64,000 nucleotides of DNA, taken from the NCBI GenBank assembly GCA_963716175.1, contig OY970296.1, positions 2,528,001 through 2,592,000 of the forward strand, written 5' to 3'. The notes under the pieces are model-generated. The model was not told where the DNA came from. It saw nothing but the letters and a program-made list of their open reading frames with translations, and made no database searches. Shown piece after piece: positions 19,242 through 29,095 of this stretch. This DNA comes from an uncultured Armatimonadetes bacterium (GTDB lineage: Bacteria; Armatimonadota; Hebobacteria; Hebobacterales; Hebobacteraceae). The translations under genes and the position numbers were made by a program. The stretch's first letter is position 1, and the number at the start of each line of letters is the position of its first letter.

Positions 19242-19285
19242 GCTGGAAAGAGGACGGAGTCCGCCTGCCGCGGACTCCGTCCTTT
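19242..19285 (-). terminator. GC-rich hairpin downstream of DUF1559 copy 1
   Basis: aggacggagtccgc...gcggactccgtcct, followed by a short U tract on the minus strand. Confidence 0.55.
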
Positions 19286-19317
19286 GCATCAGGTCACGAA
19301 TACGCTGAGGCAGGACG

Positions 19318-20331
19318 TCAGTACGCCCTGGTCGGGTTGATGCAAACACCCAGCCCCATGATGAGAGGATTGTCCGGGTTGGACGCATAGCCCGACCAGT
19401 TCTCACCTCCGAACAGAATGGTCTCAGAGGACATCCAGGCGGCATGCCCATCAGCGAAGCCGAGGTTCGAGCCGCCGAGGTGACGCGACCGCGCGTGATC
19501 TTTACGGTACTGGGGGTCAGTGGCGAACTGGTAGACGCCTCTGCCGGCCCCGCAGTCCACGGTCGCGGAGCAGTTCGCCCAGTCCGCGCCGCATGTCTCG
19601 TCGCAGGCCACGCTGTCCATCCGACAGGTGTCCGGATAGGCCACCCAGGAGGTGCGGTCAAGCTGTTTGACTTCCACTCCCGCATCCGCGGCGACCACGT
19701 ATTTCACGGGATCTGACATCTGGCTAGTCTTCATGTCAGTCAGCGTCCAGGGATACGAGATGGACCAGTCGAAGCCACCCGTGTCCGGCCCGGCCATCTG
19801 GAGCTGCTTTACGGAGTCAGTGATCGTGCCTCCCCAGCCCGGAGGGAACGAACCAGCGCAGGGCTCTATGTTGGAGCCGCCATCGACACCTGCAAGCCAG
19901 GTGTCCTGGGCATACTGCCACCACTTGCCTGTCCCATACCCCCAGTTGACCCCGAAGACGTTCGCGTATCTCGCGCTCGGGCAGCGCCAGACATCGCGGT
20001 TCTTGATGTACTCATCCAGAATCACAGGCCATCGCAGATACGGGTTGAGCTGGGTCCCCCAGCAGTCGGCGCCGGAATCGCAGCCGCAGGCGTCAACGAA
20101 GTACTGCCGCGGCTCTGCGTCATGGAGCATGGGCGGGAACCGGTCGTAGTCCGTCAGGTACATCTGCGCCGCCATGGCGATGTTCTTCACGTTCGACAGG
20201 CACTGAATCTTGCGCGCCGATTCCCGCGCGCGCGCAAATACCGGGAACAGCATGGCAGCCAGGATCGCGATAATCGCGATCACGACCAACAGCTCGATGA
20301 GAGTGAATCCCTTCTGCCTTCGCACCAGCAT
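19318..20331 (-). CDS. Prepilin-type N-terminal cleavage/methylation protein, DUF1559 / H-X9-DG domain (copy 1)
   Basis: GFTLIELLVVIAIIAILAAMLFPVFARARESARKIQCLSN; RHLGGSNLGFADGHA. Confidence 0.93.
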   Translation of the reverse strand: MLVRRQKGFTLIELLVVIAIIAILAAMLFPVFARARESARKIQCLSNVKNIAMAAQMYLTDYDRFPPMLHDAEPRQYFVDACGCDSGADCWGTQLNPYLRWPVILDEYIKNRDVWRCPSARYANVFGVNWGYGTGKWWQYAQDTWLAGVDGGSNIEPCAGSFPPGWGGTITDSVKQLQMAGPDTGGFDWSISYPWTLTDMKTSQMSDPVKYVVAADAGVEVKQLDRTSWVAYPDTCRMDSVACDETCGADWANCSATVDCGAGRGVYQFATDPQYRKDHARSRHLGGSNLGFADGHAAWMSSETILFGGENWSGYASNPDNPLIMGLGVCINPTRAY

Positions 20332-20762
20332 CTGGTCTCTCCTCACGTCACCGCATATCACTGCCTTGACACAGCTTGCACACCAACGTTGACCTGAGAT
20401 GACTACTAGGTAAGTGCTGTTCCATCACCTCCTTTCCAGTTCCCTCCCGGGCCGTCCCCAGGCAGTGGATGCCCAACCCTGTCTCCGCCGCAGCCGGCCT
20501 CGCCTCAGCCGGCCGAGGCAACTGCGCGGATAGCCGGTTGACTGGCTGAAGCTGAGAGAAGGGCAGGGGACGGCACTACCTGCCGCAAGGCCAGCGGAAG
20601 AGCTCCGGGCGCGGCCTGGCGGCCGCGCGGCGGACCACGGCCACGCCGCCCCTGTGGGCCCGCTGGCATCCCACAGTGCTGCACGCCTACTTACCCGGCC
20701 GTGACTCCCCACGCGCGCCTCCCTCGGGGGCACAGCCCTGCGGCCCAGTCTCGACCATGGCC

Positions 20763-20830
20763 AGTATAGCCCGGAGAAGAGGCCGCGTCATTGGACAAAC
20801 TTGTGGAATTCTTGTAGATTCTTACGGAGA
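20763..20830 (-). promoter_or_regulatory. Promoter (-10 TATACT) with conserved putative AraC-type operator block, copy 1
   Basis: agtata at 20763; block gcgtcattggacaaacttg..gaa.ttcttgtagatt.ctacggaga shared with 22461-22506. Confidence 0.6.
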
Positions 20831-20948
20831 GGCGCCGTAGCAGTGGTGCGGCGCCTCGATTCTGGGCTGCTGCCGCCGCGAGGGAGCCGTCTTGGCCCAG
20901 TTGGCCGCCGCCGCTTCGTCTCGCCGCACTTACCTGTGGCACATAAGC

Positions 20949-20980
20949 GGGCGGAGTCCGCGTGACGCGGACTCCGCCCT
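20949..20980 (-). terminator. GC-rich hairpin downstream of DUF1559 copy 2
   Basis: gggcggagtccgcg tga cgcggactccgccc; paralogous to the hairpin near 19250. Confidence 0.5.
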
Positions 20981-21046
20981 AACATCCGTCAGCCTCGGCA
21001 GCCCGCCAGCGGCGGTGCTGCCGCCAAGCGCTGAGGTAAAGCGGAT

Positions 21047-22042
21047 CTACTCCCTCGAATTCGGTGGCCCCCAGCCACAGGAGGCAGGCCCCTCAAAGAG
21101 AGGAGTGTCGGTCTGGGGCAGCCACTGCGACGGCGGACCGCCGAAGAGAATGGTCTCCGCGTTGAACCAGGAGGCGTGCCCATCGGCAAAGCCGAGGTTG
21201 CTCCCACCGAGATGGCGGGGATTGGCATGCTTCTGGCGATAGGTGGGATCGAGCTGGAAATCCGCCACGCCTGCGCCGCATTGCTGCGTGTCAGAGCAGT
21301 TCACCCAGTCCGCTCGCCCGCCCGGGTAACACGATGCGCACTCGATGCGGCAGTAGTCCGGGTAAGCATACCAGGACATTCTGTCCAGGGAGTTCACTTC
21401 GGTCCCAGCATCCCCGCAGACTATGTACTTCGCCGCGTCCTCGATCTGGCTGGTCTTCAGGTCCTTGGCGTTCTTGGTGACGCCGATGGACTGATCGAAA
21501 CCACCCGTGTTCGGGCCCGCGCACACTCCGCCTTGGACAATAGAGTCGGTGACGCTGCCTCCCCATCCCGCGGGGAAGGGGGTGCTGCAGTTAGTGGGGC
21601 TGCAGAACTGGTAGTCGGAGTTGTTCTGCCACTCCCTGAACCAGTCCGGGTCCCCGTAGACGCCGAAGGTCTTGATGAACTTCGCGCTCGGGCAGCGCCA
21701 GACATCGCGGTTCTTCACGTACTCGTCGTAGATCACCGGCCACCGCAGATAGGGGTTGGCCTCGGTGGCCCGGCAGTCGGCCCCCTCATCGCAACCGCAT
21801 GCGTCAACCCAGAGCGTCCTTACCTCCGACCGGTGCTCGTTCGGGGGGAATCGGTCGTAGTCCGTGAGATACATCTGCACCGCCAGGGCGATGTTCTTCA
21901 CGTTCGACAGGCACTGGATCTTGCGGGCCGATTCCCACGCTCGCGCAAACACCGGGAACAGCATGGCAGCCAAAATCGCGATAATCGCGATCACTACCAA
22001 CAGCTCGATCAGCGTGAATCCCTTCCGCCTTCGCAACATCAT
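21047..22042 (-). CDS. Prepilin-type N-terminal cleavage/methylation protein, DUF1559 / H-X9-DG domain (copy 2)
   Basis: GFTLIELLVVIAII...; RHLGGSNLGFADGHA; clear paralog of 19318-20331. Confidence 0.93.
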   Translation of the reverse strand: MMLRRRKGFTLIELLVVIAIIAILAAMLFPVFARAWESARKIQCLSNVKNIALAVQMYLTDYDRFPPNEHRSEVRTLWVDACGCDEGADCRATEANPYLRWPVIYDEYVKNRDVWRCPSAKFIKTFGVYGDPDWFREWQNNSDYQFCSPTNCSTPFPAGWGGSVTDSIVQGGVCAGPNTGGFDQSIGVTKNAKDLKTSQIEDAAKYIVCGDAGTEVNSLDRMSWYAYPDYCRIECASCYPGGRADWVNCSDTQQCGAGVADFQLDPTYRQKHANPRHLGGSNLGFADGHASWFNAETILFGGPPSQWLPQTDTPLFEGPASCGWGPPNSRE

Positions 22043-22438
22043 CTGCTCTCTCCTTAGTGCATACTACTGGCTGGCGAACCTCGCACACCAACGCTGACCT
22101 GAGGCAACTACCCCTGCGTCACCTCCTTTCCTCTCCCCTCGCGGCCGTCGCTACGAAGCGAACGCCCAGCGCGGTCTCCACCACGACCTGTCTGATCCCG
22201 GCGGCCAAGACAGGCCCGGCGATCATCACTTGACCGGCTGCGACTGGGCGAACGGCGGAGGAGGGCGCAACCGAACACAAGGCCTGCGGGGACGCTCCGG
22301 GCGCGGCCTGGCCGCAACCACACCGCCCCTGTGGGCGAACTCGAATGCCACAGCGCTGCACACCTACTCCCCCGGCCGCGAGTCTCCACCCGGCATTCCC
22401 TCACGGGCACGGCCCGGGGCCCGATCATAGTCAGCATC

Positions 22439-22506
22439 AGTATACCCCCGGCAAGAGGTGGCGTCATTGGACAAACTTGCGAAATTCTTGTAGATTCCTA
22501 CGGAGA
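22439..22506 (-). promoter_or_regulatory. Promoter (-10 TATACT) with conserved putative AraC-type operator block, copy 2
   Basis: agtata at 22439; block shared with 20785-20830; abuts a divergent AraC gene. Confidence 0.6.
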
Positions 22507-22518
22507 AGAGCCATAAGA

Positions 22519-23406
22519 GTGATAAGGGGCCTCAACTCTGTGCTGCCGACGCCGGTGGACAGCGGCCTTACGCCAGATGATCCCTTCAACGGGGGCATAT
22601 TCCCACAGCCCTACCCATACCCGCTGGCGACGGACATGCACCAGGCGTTTGAGGTGGCGGTAGTGCTGAGCGGCCAGGAAGATAGGCACTGCCAAGGCCT
22701 GGTGCTGACGCTAGACCCAGGGGATGTCTGGCTGAGCCCGGCGTGGGAGCCTCACGGCTGGCGCGCCACTGCTCCCGACACACGCGAGCTGCTGCTCCAG
22801 TTCCTGCCTGAGTTCCTGGGGGAGGAGACGTTCGAGGGCATGTCGTGGCTCAGCCTGTTCTCAACTTCCCCCCACCATCGCCCGCGCGTCGGCGGCACGC
22901 GAATGCGGGAGCAGGTGCTGTCCCTCGCTCATGAGTTGAGCCAGGAGATAGCCCAGGAACGACGCGGCTGGGCCACCGCAGTCCGGTTCTCCATACTGCG
23001 GTTGCTGTTCCTGATCAGCCGCAACTGGGAGCCCCCGGGGTTGGCCGATCGGCGGCGTCATGTGCGCACCAGCAACCTCGCTCGCATCGCCCCCGCGGTG
23101 GAACTGGTGCACCTGCACCCGGAGCGCCGCCTGACCTTGGCCGAGGGGGCGGCCGCCTGCTCTCTGAGCGTCTCCCACTTCTGCTTTGTCTTCCAGCAGA
23201 CCATGGGGTTGAGCTTTGGGAAGCTCGCCCTGCGCGCCCGCCTGGCCTACGCAGCCCACCTGCTGCTGAGCACGGACTCATCCATGGAGGCCATCACCCA
23301 GCGCTTTGGCTTCGTGGATGTCAGCCACTTCCATCATGCCTTCACCAGACACTACGGCCTGACCCCGGCCCGCTATCGAGAAGACGGCCAGCGCCGTCGC
23401 GGCTAG
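22519..23406 (+). CDS. AraC family transcriptional regulator (start uncertain)
   Basis: Cupin-like DMHQAFEV...EPHGW; C-terminal HTH GFVDVSHFHHAFTRHYGLTPARYR. Confidence 0.9.
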   Translation: MIRGLNSVLPTPVDSGLTPDDPFNGGIFPQPYPYPLATDMHQAFEVAVVLSGQEDRHCQGLVLTLDPGDVWLSPAWEPHGWRATAPDTRELLLQFLPEFLGEETFEGMSWLSLFSTSPHHRPRVGGTRMREQVLSLAHELSQEIAQERRGWATAVRFSILRLLFLISRNWEPPGLADRRRHVRTSNLARIAPAVELVHLHPERRLTLAEGAAACSLSVSHFCFVFQQTMGLSFGKLALRARLAYAAHLLLSTDSSMEAITQRFGFVDVSHFHHAFTRHYGLTPARYREDGQRRRG

Positions 23407-23558
23407 CCTCCGCCTCAGCGGAAGAAGGCTGCGGCGGCGGCCGCAGTGGCTACTGTCGGTCTCGCGTTACATCGCTCACCGGACTCGTGCTTGGTAGCGA
23501 ATGACACTGCTCCGCTGAAGCTGGGCCGCCCAAAGGGAAGGCTTCGCCACTTCCCAGA

Positions 23559-26036
23559 GTGGCAGAGGACCTGTCGGGCCTGTGGAGAACGGCCCTTGCA
23601 TTCGCGACTTGGAGAGCGATAGTGTCGGGACAGCGCAGCCCGGTAGTCAACCTCTGCGCGGGTGATCCCTCCCTCTGGCAGGTGGAGCCTACCGGCGGCG
23701 CGGCCGTGGGCCCGCTACAGGGGGCGCGGTCAGGCCTTCACACCCCGGGCCTTCGCGACGGGTCTCCGTGCACGCTTACGCTCCCGGGCCCTGGCCGCTG
23801 GAAGACCGCGCCCCGGCATGTGGAGCCCGACCAGCCTTACCTCCTGGAGTGCGATGTCAAGGGGAAAGGCCGGATCGGCCTGGTCTGGGTGCGGGAGGGC
23901 AGACCCGTGGCTGAGGCTGGAGGGGCGGCAGGAGCTTCCGCTCCTGCCCAACAGGCGGAGATCTGGACCTCTCCCGATGGCACGCCTCGGTTCGGGCAGT
24001 TGGCCGAGATCGCTGCCGTCTGGTCGCCAGAGGTGGAGGCCGGCGATTGGCAGTCGGTGACAGTGGAGGGAGTCAGCCCCCGCACCGCTAATCGGGTGCA
24101 GGTGGTGTTGGAGGCCTCGGGCGAGGAGCAGACCGCTTTCGATCACCCTTACCTGGATGGCTTGGGCGCCGTCCCGGTCGAGATCGTCGTGCCCTCTGGA
24201 TACCATGCCAACGGCAGCAAGGTGGCCATGATTGCGTCTCGGGAAAGGGCTTCCCGGGGCCGGTTCGCGCTGCTCTCTGGGGAGCAGGTGGTGCTCTCCG
24301 CTCCCTTGATCTCCTGGGGTTGGTATCTCTGGGGGCGGCAATACTGGAAGGCGGACTTCACCGGTGTCAGGAAGCTGGGACGCTACCGGCTGCGGGTCGA
24401 GTTCGAGGACGGGCGCCAGGCCACCTCGTCCGAATTCGAGATCAACCCGGAGCTCTACCTGGACCTGGCCAACCTCACTCTCACCTGGTACTACACGCAG
24501 CGGTGCGGGATGGAAGTGCCGGGCTGGCATCCGCCCTGCCACCTCGACGACGCGCTGCTGGGCCGCAGCCGCAACCGGCCCTTGGGGCCGGGCGGCGAGT
24601 GGACCATCACCGGCGAGGCCGACCTAACCGGGGGCTGGCATGATGCGGGAGACAACCACAAGTACATCTGCTGGTCCTATCTCGCGCTCTGGGGCCTGGC
24701 CCGACTCCAGGGTATTCAGAGCACTGAGCTGCGCCGCTTGGGCGAGGCCTTGCCCGACCCGCTGGCGGAGGCCTGCTGGGAGGCGCGATTCCTGCTGAAG
24801 ACGGCGAGCGAGGATGGCCTGTTCCCACTCGGGGTGATCTCGCGCTTTGGGTGGGTCAACACTCCCATCCACCAGGAGACCGACAATATCCGCGGCAGCG
24901 GCGACGAGCGCGCGCTGCCCGACCCTCGCGAACGCATCTGCGACATTCCCACTTACGGGCCGGAGCTGACCTCGGCCCTGGTGTCTAGCTCCCTCGCGGA
25001 CCTGGCGTCCGCGCTTCGGGGTTACGACGACGAGCTTGCCCAGGCCCTGGTTTCGACCGCGCGGCTCACCTGGGACCGCCATCATGAGGCCGAGCCGCCC
25101 GATGCCGAGTACCTTCGCTGGCACGCGGCCTTCGCTCTGCTCGATGCCTCGCTCTATCGTCATGCCCCCAGGCCGGAGCTGGCCGACGACTTCGAGGCGC
25201 GGCTCACGCGCATCATCTCACAGCAGAAACCGGAGGGGGTCTTCCCCTTTCCCAAGGACTGCGCCGACTATCGTGACCAGGTCCTGGGCGTGCCGCCGGA
25301 GGAGCGCGCCAAGCTCCCGGATCTGTCACCCCAGAAGAGCCGCTACACCATCTCGCACGAAGCCTGCGGCGTTGATTACATCCCCGCTCCCTTCACCTAC
25401 CTTCATGCCCTGCTGGATTACCTGGAGCTCTTCCCGGAGGGAGCACAGGCGAAGCCGGCGCGTCGGGCGCTAGGCCTGGCCATGGATCTGGCGCTCTCGC
25501 TCACGGAGAAGACGCCGTTCGGCCAGCTGACGGAGTGGACCTTCGCGCCGGACGCGGTCAACTTCGTGCACATGTTCCATGGCTACAATTGCGCGCTGCT
25601 GTCGTTGGCCGTGGTTGCTTGCCGGGCAGCGACTGCGCTGAACCGGCCGGAGTTGCTGGAGTTAGCGGAGCGTCAGATGCAGTGGGTGCTGGGACGCAAT
25701 CCCAGGGCCGCCAGCCTCGTCTGCGGGGTGGGCCACAAGCAGCTCGGCATCTACCACACCGGGCTCTGCCACTACCCGGAGCACCGGACCGGGGCCCAGC
25801 CGGGCGGGGTGGTGAACGGGTTTGTCTCCCTGGGCGCTCCCCGCTTCACTTACTCCGGTCCCAGCTATCCCTGGGACTTCCCCTATCTTGATATCCGGAG
25901 CCCGGCCGAGGAGGCCGGATGGATGGGGGTGGATGCTGATTGGTGGACGAATGAGACCTGGGTGCCCAACTGCTCCTGGTTCATCCTCGCCGCGGTCGCG
26001 CTGCACCGGGCGCTGTCGGGCGATGCCTCGCCGTGA
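23559..26036 (+). CDS. Glycoside hydrolase family 9 protein with N-terminal accessory/Ig-like domains
   Basis: QRCG, DLTGGWHDAGD, WVLGRNP...CGVG, WWTNE. Confidence 0.8.
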   Translation: MAEDLSGLWRTALAFATWRAIVSGQRSPVVNLCAGDPSLWQVEPTGGAAVGPLQGARSGLHTPGLRDGSPCTLTLPGPGRWKTAPRHVEPDQPYLLECDVKGKGRIGLVWVREGRPVAEAGGAAGASAPAQQAEIWTSPDGTPRFGQLAEIAAVWSPEVEAGDWQSVTVEGVSPRTANRVQVVLEASGEEQTAFDHPYLDGLGAVPVEIVVPSGYHANGSKVAMIASRERASRGRFALLSGEQVVLSAPLISWGWYLWGRQYWKADFTGVRKLGRYRLRVEFEDGRQATSSEFEINPELYLDLANLTLTWYYTQRCGMEVPGWHPPCHLDDALLGRSRNRPLGPGGEWTITGEADLTGGWHDAGDNHKYICWSYLALWGLARLQGIQSTELRRLGEALPDPLAEACWEARFLLKTASEDGLFPLGVISRFGWVNTPIHQETDNIRGSGDERALPDPRERICDIPTYGPELTSALVSSSLADLASALRGYDDELAQALVSTARLTWDRHHEAEPPDAEYLRWHAAFALLDASLYRHAPRPELADDFEARLTRIISQQKPEGVFPFPKDCADYRDQVLGVPPEERAKLPDLSPQKSRYTISHEACGVDYIPAPFTYLHALLDYLELFPEGAQAKPARRALGLAMDLALSLTEKTPFGQLTEWTFAPDAVNFVHMFHGYNCALLSLAVVACRAATALNRPELLELAERQMQWVLGRNPRAASLVCGVGHKQLGIYHTGLCHYPEHRTGAQPGGVVNGFVSLGAPRFTYSGPSYPWDFPYLDIRSPAEEAGWMGVDADWWTNETWVPNCSWFILAAVALHRALSGDASP

Positions 26037-26197
26037 CCAGGCGGCGTGGGTGCTGTGGGGGCCGCGCTGCTCAGCACAGTAGCAGAGGAGCTTTGCTGCC
26101 TCGCGGAGTAGCAGAACCATATCGCGTGGTCGGGCCCGGCTGGGAGCCCGCCAAGAAGCCGGCGGGCAGGCCTGGGCTACCGTAGGCTGCTCGGGAG

Positions 26198-27259
26198 ATG
26201 GAGATGGTGACGCTGTACGTTGCCTCCAGTGACCAGTACTCGGGCAAGACTCTGACTTGTCTCGTGCTGGGTACTCGCTGGCGGAACCAGGGCCGCCGGG
26301 TCGGGTTCATGAAGCCGCTTGGCATGCTGCCGGTGACGGTGGGAAATGAGGTCAGCGACGAGGACGCGCTGTTCGTGGCGCGGCAGCTTGAGTTCGAGGC
26401 CCCACCTGCTCGCCTTTGCCCAGTGATGACGGGGGTGGAGCTGTGCCGCGCGGACCCCGAGCAGCTTCGCCGCCGCGTGCAGGAGGCTTTTGCGGCGAAC
26501 GCGGCCGGGCAAGAGATCATGCTGGTGGGCGGGCTGGGATCGGTCCTGACCCGGGGCAGCACCTTCGGCCTCGACGGGCTATCGGTGGCAGAGATGCTCG
26601 ACGCGAAGGTGCTGCTGGTGGCGCGGGCTGAATCATTCCTCGCTCTGGACAGCATCATCGCCGCCCACCGCGCTCTGGGGGATCGCCTGGTGGGGGTGAT
26701 CCTCAACCGGGTGTCGGTCCGCCACCGGGAGGCGATCGAGGGGGAGGTTGCGGGCTGCCTGGCCCGGCGCGGCATCTTTGTGCTCGGGCTGATCCCCGAG
26801 GATCCTCTGCTGAGTTCGGTGAGCATCCGGGAGCTGGCCGAGGCCACCGCGGGCGAGCTGCTCTCGGCGCCTGAAGCGGCCGATGAGCTGGTGGAGAACT
26901 TCGTCCTGGGCGCCATGGGTGTGCACGCCGCGCTGCGGTATTTCCGGCAGAGCCCCCGCAAGTGTGTGATCACCGGCGGCGACCGCACCGACATTCAGTT
27001 CGCGGCCTTGGAGACTTCCACTCGCTGCCTGGTGCTGACCGGCAGCATGCGCCCCAGCCACCAAGTGATCGCGCGAGCGGAGGAGCTCAAGGTGCCGGTG
27101 ATGCTGGTGAGCGGGGACACGCTCAGCACCGTCACCGCGATCGAGCAGCTTCTGGGCAAGCAGCGGGTGCGCGAGGCCAAGAAGATAGATCACGCCCTGC
27201 AGCAGTTCGAGGCGCTGCTGGACCTGGCGAAGCTCGACCGCGCGCTCGGTCTCACCTGA
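26198..27259 (+). CDS. Phosphotransacetylase N-terminal-like protein (BioD-like P-loop + DRTGG), no catalytic PTA domain
   Basis: YSGKT, VGFMKPLG, ITGGDRTDIQ. Confidence 0.85.
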   Translation: MEMVTLYVASSDQYSGKTLTCLVLGTRWRNQGRRVGFMKPLGMLPVTVGNEVSDEDALFVARQLEFEAPPARLCPVMTGVELCRADPEQLRRRVQEAFAANAAGQEIMLVGGLGSVLTRGSTFGLDGLSVAEMLDAKVLLVARAESFLALDSIIAAHRALGDRLVGVILNRVSVRHREAIEGEVAGCLARRGIFVLGLIPEDPLLSSVSIRELAEATAGELLSAPEAADELVENFVLGAMGVHAALRYFRQSPRKCVITGGDRTDIQFAALETSTRCLVLTGSMRPSHQVIARAEELKVPVMLVSGDTLSTVTAIEQLLGKQRVREAKKIDHALQQFEALLDLAKLDRALGLT

Positions 27260-27260
27260 G

Positions 27261-27354
27261 GAGCTTCGCCGAATGAAGTAACACGGCGAAGCTCAAGAAG
27301 CGGCCCAGACAGGCACAGGGCGATGTTCGCACATTACTTCGTTGTGCGAACATC
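27261..27354. repeat. Pair of inverted hairpins with complementary loops
   Basis: gagcttcgccg-aatgaagtaaca-cggcgaagctc and gatgttcgcaca-ttacttcgt-tgtgcgaacatc. Confidence 0.7.
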
Positions 27355-27418
27355 ATTAAGATGAGCGTGATGGGAGCGGGCGGCGGGTAAGCTCAAATCG
27401 TGAAAGCATGAGGCTGCG

Positions 27419-28180
27419 GTGGCCCTGAAGATAGCAGTTGCCGGCAAAGGTGGGGTGGGGAAGACGACGGTGAGCGCGGCTCTCGCTCAGTCGCTGCGGC
27501 GCGCTGGCGAGCGGGTGCTGGCCGTGGATGCGGATCCCAACAACTGCTTGGGGCGAGCGCTGGGCTTTGCGGAGGAACGGCTAAGCGGGGCGACCCCGCT
27601 CTCGGAGATGAAGGAGCTGTTGGCCGAGCGGGCCGGCACCGCGTCGGGAGGTGGCTTCTTCGCGCTCAACCCGCCGGTGGAGGACCTGCTTGCCGCCTAT
27701 CAACTGGAAAAGGATGGCATTTCGCTTCTGGTCATGGGGACGGTGGACGAGCCGGGCGCCGGGTGTGTGTGCCCGGAATCCGCGGTGCTGAAGGCGCTGT
27801 TGCGGCATCTGGTTGGGCTGGAGGCGACCTCCCTGGTGTTGGACATGGAGGCCGGGCTCGAGCACCTGGGGCGAGGCACCGCCCAGCACGTGGGGGCGCT
27901 GCTGATCGTGGCCGAACCCACCGCCGCCAGCGCGCGCACCGCGGCCCGCATCGCAGTGCTGGCCCGCGGGCTCGGGCTGCGCCTGCCGGGAGTGGTGGTG
28001 AACAAGGCGACGTCACCAGGAGACACCCAGAAGGTTCGTCCCTATCTGGAGGGGCTGGAGATCATGGCCACGCTGCCGCTCGATGTCTCGGTTGCGGCCT
28101 CCGAATCGGTGCCCTCGTCCGGGCCCCTGGTGCAGGCGGTGGATGAGCTCAGACAGCGCCTGGCCGCGCGGCTGAACTGA
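27419..28180 (+). CDS. cooC: CooC-type nickel insertion ATPase for CODH
   Basis: GKGGVGKTT, DADP, GCVCPE, DMEAGLEHLGRGT. Confidence 0.92.
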   Translation: MALKIAVAGKGGVGKTTVSAALAQSLRRAGERVLAVDADPNNCLGRALGFAEERLSGATPLSEMKELLAERAGTASGGGFFALNPPVEDLLAAYQLEKDGISLLVMGTVDEPGAGCVCPESAVLKALLRHLVGLEATSLVLDMEAGLEHLGRGTAQHVGALLIVAEPTAASARTAARIAVLARGLGLRLPGVVVNKATSPGDTQKVRPYLEGLEIMATLPLDVSVAASESVPSSGPLVQAVDELRQRLAARLN

Positions 28181-28181
28181 C

Positions 28182-28946
28182 ATGGGACAAGTGATTGCGG
28201 TGACTGGGAAGGGAGGGGTCGGCAAGACCACGGTCGCGGCACTCATGGTGCGGCTGCTCGTGGAGGCGAAACGGGGTGCGGTGCTTGCCGTGGATGCCGA
28301 TCCCAACCTCAACCTGAACGCGGCCCTGGGCGTGGAGGTGGCGGAGACGGTGGGCGATCTTCGCGAGGAGGGCTTGGTTCGCGCCTCTTCTCTCCCAGGG
28401 GGCATGGCGAAGAGCGAGTTTCTGCAGATGCGCATTCAGCAGGCCCTGGTCGAGTCCGCCGGCTTCGATCTGCTGGCGATGGGGCGACCGGAGGGGCCGG
28501 GCTGCTACTGCTTCGCCAACTCCATTCTGCGCGCGTGCGTGGATCGCATCGGCAAGCAGTACGCCTATCTGATCATTGACTGCGAGGCCGGGCTGGAGCA
28601 TCTGAGCCGGCGCACCGCAGGCGATGTGGACCTCCTGCTGCTGCTCTCCGACCCCAGCCTACGTTCCCTGGACACCGCGGTGCGGGTGCTGGAGCTGATC
28701 GAGGAACTGCACACCGGAGTCGCGAAGAAGGCCTTCGCCTTCAGCCGCGTCACCGACGGCCTGCCTCCGGAGCTGGCCCAGGCGGCGCGGGCGAGGGGGC
28801 TGCCGGATCCCTTCATCGTCCCAGAGGACGCCGAAGTAAGGGAGCTAGACTTGCGCGGCCTGCCCTTGGTCGGAGTGAAGGCCCAGAGCCCGTGTCTGGA
28901 GGCGGTGCGGACGATCATGCAGGCCACTGGGTTGCTGCCGGCCTGA
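28182..28946 (+). CDS. cooC: Second CooC/AcsF-type nickel insertion ATPase (ACS maturation type)
   Basis: GKGGVGKTT, MGRPEGPGCYCFAN, DCEAGLEHLSRRT. Confidence 0.92.
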   Translation: MGQVIAVTGKGGVGKTTVAALMVRLLVEAKRGAVLAVDADPNLNLNAALGVEVAETVGDLREEGLVRASSLPGGMAKSEFLQMRIQQALVESAGFDLLAMGRPEGPGCYCFANSILRACVDRIGKQYAYLIIDCEAGLEHLSRRTAGDVDLLLLLSDPSLRSLDTAVRVLELIEELHTGVAKKAFAFSRVTDGLPPELAQAARARGLPDPFIVPEDAEVRELDLRGLPLVGVKAQSPCLEAVRTIMQATGLLPA

Positions 28947-29095
28947 CCCGATCCCGCCGGCCATTGCGGCCGCCTTGCTCGGAGCCCACGATGGCGCGCG
29001 CGGCGAGCCGCGCGGTGCGGCTCGGATAGGTTTGTGAAACTTTTCGCGGGCGGGCAGGAAGTCGGCCTTCCAAGAGGAAAACAGGCTTAGTTGGG

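Noticed and set aside
19318-22042. Type IV pilus or conductive e-pilin genes linked to the cytochrome island
   Set aside because: They are about 330-aa DUF1559/H-X9-DG proteins, not short aromatic-rich PilA, and no pilus assembly genes are present
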